A stretch of DNA of 32,000 nt from contig NZ_CP012036.1 in NCBI RefSeq assembly GCF_001298445.1, positions 2,401,650 to 2,433,649 of the forward strand. The letters run 5' to 3'. This stretch comes from Nostoc piscinale CENA21. GTDB taxonomy: Bacteria > Cyanobacteriota > Cyanobacteriia > Cyanobacteriales > Nostocaceae. The position numbers and the translations under genes were made by a program. The notes below the pieces were generated by a model. That model was not told the DNA's origin, did not search any database, and saw nothing but the letters and a program-made list of their open reading frames with translations. This document shows positions 25,393-32,000 of this stretch, one piece after another (position 1 is the stretch's first letter; every line of letters begins with the position of its first letter).

Positions 25393-26368
25393 ATGCAACA
25401 AATTCCTGTTTCACTATGGACGCTAGTTGCTGGCATAGTAGTTACAGCGTTTAGTGTTTGGATTGGACAAAATCACGCACTACTACCAGTAGAAGCATCA
25501 AAACAAGCACCTTTGGTAGACGGATTTTTTTAACATCATGTTTACCATTGCGATCGCTTTATTTCTGGTTGTAGAAGGCACCATTCTGATTTTTTTAGTA
25601 AAGTTTCGTCGCCGTCGCGGTGACGATACTGATGGCTTACCAATAGAGGGCAATGTTCCTTTAGAAATTTTCTGGACAGCTATCCCATCCGTGATTGTGA
25701 TTGGCTTAGGCATCTATAGCGTAGATGTCTTTAATCAGATGGGTGGTTTTGAACCAGGAACTCATGCCCATTCTCCGGCTCATGTTGCCCATGCTTCTGG
25801 AACTGCCCTAGCTGCTACCCTCAATAATACCCCAGAATCCACTTCAGCCCCAAGCATTGGGATTGGTGCAAGCAACAGCCAAAGCAAACCTGCGGATTTG
25901 GTAGTGAACGTTACTGGGATGCAGTTTGCTTGGATTTTCGAGTATCCCAACGGTGGCGTTACTACTGGTGAACTACATATTCCTGTAGGTGCTGATGTGC
26001 AGTTGAATTTGTCAGCCCAAGATGTGATTCATGCTTTTTGGGTTCCTCAATTCCGACTGAAACAAGACGCACTTCCTGGTATCCCCACCGAACTGCGCTT
26101 CACCGCCACTAAAACAGGTACATATCCCGTCGTGTGTGCGGAACTGTGTGGTGGCTATCACGGTTCCATGCGATCGCAAGTCATCGTCCACACACCCGAA
26201 GAATACGACAGTTGGTTGAAAGAAACCCAACTCGCCCAAAAGCCAGACTTGCAAAAAGCGATCGCTGTTAATCCCGCCGACTTATCACCCTCCGAGTTCC
26301 TTGCGCCTCATATCCAACACATGGGCGTGAGTGCAGCAACTCTAGAGTCAATAGTCAAAGGTCAATAG
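25393..26368 (+). CDS. coxB: cytochrome c oxidase subunit II, split by an apparent +1 frameshift in a T7 run (25525-25531)
   Basis: CuA site CAELCGGYHGSM. ATG 25393 encodes the first TM helix (MQQIPVSLWTLVAGIVVTAFSVWIG..APLVDGFF*). Deleting one T gives DGFFNIMFTIAIALF, which is continuous with the 25538 ORF. Confidence 0.85.
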
Positions 26369-26448
26369 TCAATAAACCTCTTGCAATAGTCGTTATTTGC
26401 GAACTTTTCTTTGCGCCTTTGCGCCTTTGCGTGAGACAAAAAAGACCA

Positions 26449-28146
26449 ATGACAAAGGACAAACGTATGACACAAACAGAATTACCTCGGAATACACCGC
26501 CCGATAAAAATCCACAAGTAGCCGTTACCCATACCGCACATCCCAAAAAGTGGAAATGGTACGACTACTTCACCTTCAACATTGACCATAAGGTAATCGG
26601 GATTCAGTATCTAGTCACGGCGTTTTTGTTTTACCTGATCGGTGGATTGATGGCGATCGCCATTCGCGCCGAACTCGCCACCCCAGATGCAGATATTCTC
26701 GATCCCAATCTGTATAACGCCTTCATGACCAACCACGGAACAATCATGATTTTCTTGTGGATTGTTCCGAGTGCGATTGGGGGATTTGGCAACTATCTAG
26801 TACCGTTGATGGTTGGTGCTAGAGATATGGCATTCCCGAAACTGAATGCGATCGCCTTTTGGTTAAACCCACCAGCCGGATTATTACTGCTGCTGAGTTT
26901 CCTATTTGGTGGTTCCCAATCAGGTTGGACAGCTTACCCACCACTGAGTTTAGTCACCGCGCCAGTTGCCCAATCTTTATGGATTTTGGCAATTGTTTTA
27001 GTAGGTACTTCCTCAATTTTGGGTTCCTTAAACTTTGTCATCACCATCTTAATGATGAAAGTCCCCAGTCTGAAATGGGATCAACTTCCCTTATTCTGCT
27101 GGGCAATCTTAGCCACCTCCGTACTAGCACTTCTCTCTACACCTGTGTTAGCTGCGGGTTTGGTATTGCTGTTGTTTGACTTGAACTTCGGCACATCCTT
27201 CTTTAAACCAGATGCAGGCGGTAACGTTGTTATTTACCAGCATTTATTCTGGTTCTATTCTCACCCGGCAGTATATCTGATGATTCTGCCTATCTTCGGC
27301 ATCATGTCCGAAGTCATCCCCGTTCACGCACGTAAACCAATTTTCGGATATAAAGCGATCGCTTATTCCAGCGTAGCAATCTGCGTTGTTGGTTTGTTCG
27401 TTTGGGTACACCACATGTTTACCAGTGGTACACCCGGTTGGATGCGGATGTTCTTTACTATTTCTACCCTCATCGTTGCTGTTCCCACTGGCGTAAAAAT
27501 ATTTGCTTGGGTTGCTACCCTTTGGGGTGGAAAAATCCGCTTTACCAGTGCCATGCTATTTGCGATCGGCTTATTGTCGATGTTCGTCATGGGTGGTTTA
27601 AGCGGCGTGACAATGGGAACAGCCCCCTTTGATGTTCACGTCCACGATACCTACTATGTAGTCGGACACTTCCACTACGTCTTATTTGGCGGTTCCGTAT
27701 TTGGGATTTACGCAGGTATATATCACTGGTTCCCCAAAATGACCGGACACAAGCTAAACGAATTTTTGGGACGGACTCACTTTTTCCTCACCTTCATCGG
27801 GACAAACCTCACCTTCTTACCGATGCACGAATTAGGTTTACAGGGAATGCCCCGACGGGTCGCCATGTATGACCCCCAATTCACTAGCTTGAATGAAATT
27901 TGTACCATCGGCGCATTCATCTTAGGCTTATCAGTCATCCCCTTTACCATCAACATACTGTGGAGTTGGAGTAGAGGCGAAGTTGCTGGTGATAATCCTT
28001 GGCGGGCTTTAACCTTAGAATGGACAACCAGTTCACCTCCATTGATTGAAAACTGGGAAGTCTTACCCGTAGCCACTCACGGCCCTTACGACTACGGCCA
28101 TAGCCCCGAAGCACAACCCACCGCAACACCTGAAGTGAGTGCGTAA
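26449..28146 (+). CDS. coxA: cytochrome c oxidase subunit I
   Basis: Heme-copper oxidase signatures (WFYSHPAVY, VWVHHMF, HFHYV) and 12 or more TM helices. The start is uncertain (ATG 26449 or 26467); the track TTG at 26419 lies in a GCGCCTTT repeat. Confidence 0.9.
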   Translation: MTKDKRMTQTELPRNTPPDKNPQVAVTHTAHPKKWKWYDYFTFNIDHKVIGIQYLVTAFLFYLIGGLMAIAIRAELATPDADILDPNLYNAFMTNHGTIMIFLWIVPSAIGGFGNYLVPLMVGARDMAFPKLNAIAFWLNPPAGLLLLLSFLFGGSQSGWTAYPPLSLVTAPVAQSLWILAIVLVGTSSILGSLNFVITILMMKVPSLKWDQLPLFCWAILATSVLALLSTPVLAAGLVLLLFDLNFGTSFFKPDAGGNVVIYQHLFWFYSHPAVYLMILPIFGIMSEVIPVHARKPIFGYKAIAYSSVAICVVGLFVWVHHMFTSGTPGWMRMFFTISTLIVAVPTGVKIFAWVATLWGGKIRFTSAMLFAIGLLSMFVMGGLSGVTMGTAPFDVHVHDTYYVVGHFHYVLFGGSVFGIYAGIYHWFPKMTGHKLNEFLGRTHFFLTFIGTNLTFLPMHELGLQGMPRRVAMYDPQFTSLNEICTIGAFILGLSVIPFTINILWSWSRGEVAGDNPWRALTLEWTTSSPPLIENWEVLPVATHGPYDYGHSPEAQPTATPEVSA

Positions 28147-28150
28147 TTTA

Positions 28151-28268
28151 GATCCCCCCTAACCCCCCTTAAAAAGGGGGGAACATGACTCACTTATTTA
28201 GATTAGACACAGGTATATATTAAGTGATGAGAATTTAGCCCCCCTTAAAAAGGGGGGTTGGGGGGATC
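28151..28268. mobile_element. MITE-like palindromic element, family A, copy 3 (longer central part)
   Basis: GATCCCCCCTAACCCCCCTTAAAAAGGGGGG ... CCCCCCTTAAAAAGGGGGGTTGGGGGGATC fills most of the coxA-coxC spacer. Confidence 0.6.
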
Positions 28269-28304
28269 TCCAACACCCTTGTTAGAAATTCAGATGGTAA
28301 AAAT

Positions 28305-28901
28305 ATGACAGTCGCCACACCCAGCGAACATCACGGACATGATGCCGAACATCATCCAGATTTGCGAGTTCCGGGATTATTAACCTTCCTCATCTCCGAA
28401 TCTTTAATGTTTGGCGGATTCTTTGCTACTTACTTGTTTTTTCGCCAAACCACAGATGTCTGGCCACCAGAAGGTACAGAAGTAGAATTACTCGTACCGA
28501 CAATTAACACCATCATTCTAGTGTCTAGCAGCTTCGTCATTCACTTTGGTGAAATGGCGATTAAAAAGAATAACGTCGCCGGAATGCAATGGTGGTACAA
28601 AGTGACCGCCGTTATGGGCGCAATGTTTTTGTTAGGTCAAGTGTATGAGTACCTAACCTTGGGATATGGCATGACAGCCAATGTCTTTGCCAACTGCTTT
28701 TATATCATGACAGGTTTCCACGGATTGCACGTATTTGTGGGGCTGTTATTGATTTTAGGAGTATTGAAGCGATCGCAGCGTCCCGGCCATTACTCCGCCA
28801 CCAAACACACCGGCATCGAAATGGCAGAAATTTACTGGCACTTCGTAGACATCATTTGGATTGTTCTCTTCACTTTGCTGTACGTTCTGACACAGTTTTA
28901 A
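28305..28901 (+). CDS. coxC: cytochrome c oxidase subunit III
   Basis: Subunit III pattern (FFATYLFFR, GFHGLHVFVGL, YWHFVDIIWI), 198 aa. Confidence 0.9.
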   Translation: MTVATPSEHHGHDAEHHPDLRVPGLLTFLISESLMFGGFFATYLFFRQTTDVWPPEGTEVELLVPTINTIILVSSSFVIHFGEMAIKKNNVAGMQWWYKVTAVMGAMFLLGQVYEYLTLGYGMTANVFANCFYIMTGFHGLHVFVGLLLILGVLKRSQRPGHYSATKHTGIEMAEIYWHFVDIIWIVLFTLLYVLTQF

Positions 28902-28907
28902 AAGCGA

Positions 28908-28945
28908 GTAGGGAGTAGTAAATTACCCCATTCACTACTCCCTAC
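28908..28945 (+). terminator. 12-bp stem-loop GTAGGGAGTAGT / ACTACTCCCTAC after coxC
   Basis: Perfect 12-bp inverted repeat with a 14-nt loop, built from ACTCCC(C/T) heptamers. No following T-tract, so terminator function is uncertain. Confidence 0.3.
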
Positions 28946-28967
28946 TCCCCACTCCCCATTCACAATT

Positions 28968-29456
28968 ATGCAAATCGATACCAACAGATTTTCTTGGTTT
29001 CAAGTACCAGAAAAACGTCAAAAAAAATTACTAATCTTAGCTGCTGATACTTGGCATAATAATTCTGAATCCGAGAACTATATGCAACAAGCCATCACCG
29101 AAGCCGGAGATAATACAGACATTTTAGTTTCGGCATATAGATATTTTTACTACAAAAATAATTATTCTCTCGCCTTGCAAACAACAACGAAATTATTAGA
29201 TAAAATTAAGAAAGCAGAAAATTTCCCTGAAAATTGGGAACAGCTAAAACCCATACTCATCAATCGGAGGGAAGAAAACCAAATCAGATTGTACTTAAAT
29301 GCTTATGCTGCTACTGGTTTGGTTTTAGCTAAATTAGGAGACATCGAACAAGCCAAAGAAATCAGCATCAGGGTGCAAGAAATTGACCCCAAAAATGATT
29401 ATGGTGCTGGTATCCTTCTGGATATTTTGACACGTCCAGCCGAGGAAGAAGATTAA
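28968..29456 (+). CDS. hypothetical protein, TPR-like helical (162 aa)
   Basis: ATG ORF. YLNAYAATGLVLAKLGDIEQAKEISIRVQEIDPKN resembles a single TPR. Acidic C-terminus. Confidence 0.45.
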   Translation: MQIDTNRFSWFQVPEKRQKKLLILAADTWHNNSESENYMQQAITEAGDNTDILVSAYRYFYYKNNYSLALQTTTKLLDKIKKAENFPENWEQLKPILINRREENQIRLYLNAYAATGLVLAKLGDIEQAKEISIRVQEIDPKNDYGAGILLDILTRPAEEED

Positions 29457-29533
29457 GTCAACAGTTAAGATTCATAACTGATTTGACTATTGACCAATAC
29501 TGACCAACACTCAACGATCAAAATTTACAAACC

Positions 29534-29701
29534 ATGATGAACAATTTCTCTTTTGCTCGACCTCTTTCCACATTTACCCTACCCGAAAATCCCTTGCCTA
29601 ATACTGTTCCTTTATCGCCTATAAGTCTTCCTGAAACTAACTCTCCTTGGTATGCAGCACCAGTAATTGTTATGCCTTCCACTTCTCAATTTAGATTCTA
29701 A
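29534..29701 (+). CDS. possible Pro-rich mini-protein (55 aa), below the ORF-track cutoff
   Basis: My own translation is MMNNFSFARPLSTFTLPENPLPNTVPLSPISLPETNSPWYAAPVIVMPSTSQFRF*. The stop is 5 nt before the next ATG. No obvious RBS and no known family. Confidence 0.15.
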   Translation: MMNNFSFARPLSTFTLPENPLPNTVPLSPISLPETNSPWYAAPVIVMPSTSQFRF

Positions 29702-29706
29702 AAGTT

Positions 29707-30318
29707 ATGCAAGGTAGGGATTGGCTACTTACTGGAGAGGGTCAGTATCAAATTTGTAAATCTGTAAGAGCATGGGATTTATTGCGAGAAAATTATCGCC
29801 TCTATCGTTTTTTGACTGAGGTAGAAGATGTTCTCAATGGTGTTGGGGATGAATCTAGCCGTCTACCAGAAATTAGGATGTTGGTGAGGCGCTTAATTGC
29901 CAATTCCTACTGGGTGAGAAGTCAACATTTAGAACCTTGTCCCAAAACAGGTACTTCTGTTGTTCTCTTATACGATGAATTGGGTTTTCCACTGACTGTC
30001 CAAACAGTAACCTTTGCACCAGGGACAACTTCAAACATTCATAATCATGGCACTTGGGGAGTTGTAGCGGTGTTAAAAGGTCAAGAAAAAAACACTGTTT
30101 GGCGACACACAGACAACTCAACATTTTCCGGTAAAATTGAACAAACAGGAGAAATAATCTTATCTCCAGGAGATATTGTGAGCTTTACTCCTGATGCAAT
30201 TCACAGCGTGCAAGCAGTCGGTGATGAACCAACTGTGACTTTCAATATTTATGGGGAAACTGATCCAAAACAAAGATTTGAGTTTGACTTAGTTACCCAT
30301 ACGGTAAGGAAGTTTTAA
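29707..30318 (+). CDS. cupin-fold thiol dioxygenase-like protein (cysteine dioxygenase type I family)
   Basis: FAPGTTSNIHNHGTWGVVAVLKGQE gives H112 and H114, and DAIHSV gives H166, reproducing the 3-His spacing of CDO/MDO enzymes. The true start may be an internal TTG near 29785. Confidence 0.7.
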   Translation: MQGRDWLLTGEGQYQICKSVRAWDLLRENYRLYRFLTEVEDVLNGVGDESSRLPEIRMLVRRLIANSYWVRSQHLEPCPKTGTSVVLLYDELGFPLTVQTVTFAPGTTSNIHNHGTWGVVAVLKGQEKNTVWRHTDNSTFSGKIEQTGEIILSPGDIVSFTPDAIHSVQAVGDEPTVTFNIYGETDPKQRFEFDLVTHTVRKF

Positions 30319-30505
30319 GACAGGGGTGTAAGGGAAGAAAGGGTGTAAGGGTGTAGGGGAAGATTATCTTACTCAGCACTTTTAATCACAAGAAAATACC
30401 AAAAACATAAACGTCTTTCCCTTATACCCTCACACCCCTACACCCTAACTTAGAGGGTTTTCTGCGTAAGTCCTAAACCATTTAAGTGGATTGGGAGCAA
30501 GCACA

Positions 30506-30985
30506 ATGGCAAGAGTAATTTTTTATGAAAAACCAGGCTGTAAAAATGGTACTAGACAAAAAGTGTTGTTAACTGCGGCTGGTCATGAAGTAATTTCATA
30601 CAACTTATTAACCGAACCTTGGACAATTGAGCGTTTACGGTCATTTTTTGGTAATCGCCCCGTATCTGAATGGTTTAATCGGGCTGCACCCAAGGTAAAA
30701 TCTGGCGAGATTGTTCCTGAAAACATCGACGCGGAAACCGCATTGGTACAGATGTTGCGTGATCCGCTATTAATTCGCCGTCCTCTAATTCAAGTAGGCG
30801 ATCGCCGCGAAGTTGGTTTTGAGGTGGAAAAACTTGACGCTTGGATTGGCTTAAAACCTGTAGATGAATCCTTCCAAGCTATGAGTGAAGACCTGATGAG
30901 TAAGGATTTACAAGGCTGCGCCCACGGTGGTAATCACCACCATGACCATGAACATGGCCACGGTCATGGTAATTGTAAACATTAA
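30506..30985 (+). CDS. ArsC/Spx-fold 'nitrogenase-associated protein' family member with His-rich C-terminal tail
   Basis: VIFYEKPGC..QKVLL..GHEV..LLTEPW..FFGNRPVSEWFNRAAPKVKSGE..MLRDPLLIRRPLIQV..GF..WIGL matches the TIGR01616 pattern as recalled. The tail is CAHGGNHHHDHEHGHGHGNCKH. Confidence 0.65.
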   Translation: MARVIFYEKPGCKNGTRQKVLLTAAGHEVISYNLLTEPWTIERLRSFFGNRPVSEWFNRAAPKVKSGEIVPENIDAETALVQMLRDPLLIRRPLIQVGDRREVGFEVEKLDAWIGLKPVDESFQAMSEDLMSKDLQGCAHGGNHHHDHEHGHGHGNCKH

Positions 30986-30987
30986 AT

Positions 30988-31118
30988 TAAGGAAAAAGTA
31001 AAAAGGTAAAAGGTAAAAGGAAATAAGTAATAAGTAAAAGGGCAAAAGGTAAAAAAATATTTTATATTTTTACTGTTTACTCTTCACTTTTTACTTTTTC
31101 CTTTTAACTTTTGCCTTC
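30988..31118. repeat. inverted arrays of GTAAAAG-type heptamers between convergent genes (possible bidirectional terminator)
   Basis: The left arm is aaggaaaaagtaaaaaggtaaaaggtaaaagg. The right arm, ctttttactttttccttttaacttttgcctt, is roughly its reverse complement. Confidence 0.45.
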
Positions 31119-32000
31119 TTAACTAATGCTCAAATCTTGAAACATTGCTGTGCTGAGGTAACGTTCACCATACGAAGGCTGAATCATCACAATCAAACGA
31201 CCAGCATTTTCTGGTCGTTTTGCTACTTGCAAAGCCGCGCACAAAGCCGCACCTGAAGAAATTCCAGATAATAAACCTTCTTCTTTAGCTAAACGCCGCC
31301 CGTAAATCATAGATTGGTCATCGCTGACTCTGATGACTTCATCCACCAATTCCAAGCGCAGCACATCGGGGACAAATCCTGCACCGATACCTTGAATTTT
31401 ATGGGGGCCTGCTTCGCCACCAGAGAGGACAGGGCTATTGCTGGGTTCAACTGCGATCGCTTGTAAACTGGGTTTACGTTGCTTCAATACTTCAGCAATT
31501 CCGGTAATTGTTCCACCAGTCCCAACCCCAGCAATCACAATATCAACTTCTCCGTCTGTATCTTCCCAAATTTCTTCGGCGGTGGTTTCCCGGTGAATTT
31601 TGGGGTTAGCTGGGTTGCGGAACTGTTGCAGCATATATGCGTTTGGTGTGTTAGCCACAATTTCCTCGGCTTTGCGAATTGCACCCCGCATTCCTTCCGG
31701 GCCTTGTGTCAATTCTAGTTTGGCACCATAAGCACGCAGCATTGAGCGCCGTTCTTGGCTCATGGTTTCTGGCATAGTTAAAACTAAGCTGTAACCACGG
31801 GCGGCGGCGACCATTGCCAAAGCGATTCCAGTATTTCCAGATGTCGGTTCGACTAAAATTGTTTTTCCTGGTGTAATTAACCCTTCAGCTTCGGCGCTAT
31901 TAATCATACTCACGCCAATCCGGTCTTTTACAGAAGCGGCTGGATTCATTCCTTCGAGTTTGGCAACTATCCGCGCCACTGCACCTTCGGCCTGGGGAAT
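31119..32000 (-). CDS. cysK: cysteine synthase A (O-acetylserine sulfhydrylase), N-terminus outside window
   Basis: PLP-lysine motif SVKDR, plus [10 protein letters not shown] and [10 protein letters not shown]. The frame stays open to the window edge; the listed Met is an internal GTG. Confidence 0.9.
   Translation of the reverse strand: MPQAEGAVARIVAKLEGMNPAASVKDRIGVSMINSAEAEGLITPGKTILVEPTSGNTGIALAMVAAARGYSLVLTMPETMSQERRSMLRAYGAKLELTQGPEGMRGAIRKAEEIVANTPNAYMLQQFRNPANPKIHRETTAEEIWEDTDGEVDIVIAGVGTGGTITGIAEVLKQRKPSLQAIAVEPSNSPVLSGGEAGPHKIQGIGAGFVPDVLRLELVDEVIRVSDDQSMIYGRRLAKEEGLLSGISSGAALCAALQVAKRPENAGRLIVMIQPSYGERYLSTAMFQDLSIS

Overview
This is a 32-kb chromosomal segment that looks like a heterocyst-forming (Nostocales-type) cyanobacterium. 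The evidence is more than 30 HIP1 octamers (GCGATCGC) counted by eye, heptamer STRR-like arrays at gene ends, at least four small dispersed or MITE-like repeat families, and a patB/cnfR - ferredoxin III-like - coxBAC cluster. I support about 28 protein-coding genes. They include a partial BsuBI/PstI-like endonuclease, an SDR, a GH57-like enzyme, two tandem orthocaspases, an orphan histidine kinase, a Cys-motif permease pair, a STAND NB-ARC/TPR gene, three toxin-antitoxin remnants, patB, cox genes, a thiol-dioxygenase-like cupin, an ArsC-like nitrogenase-associated protein and cysK. I found no rRNA, tRNA or CRISPR array. The best candidates for something undescribed are: (1) A tandem pair of apparently exported, catalytically intact orthocaspases fused to a DUF2808-like domain, with a swapped linker. 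(2) A roughly 1,050-aa membrane-tailed STAND NTPase broken by a frameshift and by an in-frame TGA that sits inside an 11-nt match to a local dispersed repeat. Next to it is a cluster of three TA loci whose toxins are all damaged or missing, two of them at MITE junctions. (3) An uncharacterised gene set (TPR-like protein, Pro-rich mini-ORF, CDO-like cupin, His-tailed ArsC-like protein, cysK) directly downstream of the patB-linked oxidase operon. One caveat applies across the window: four separate gene disruptions are each explained by one surplus base in an A/T homopolymer, so sequencing error must be excluded first. All family calls come from motif recognition by eye, not from searches.
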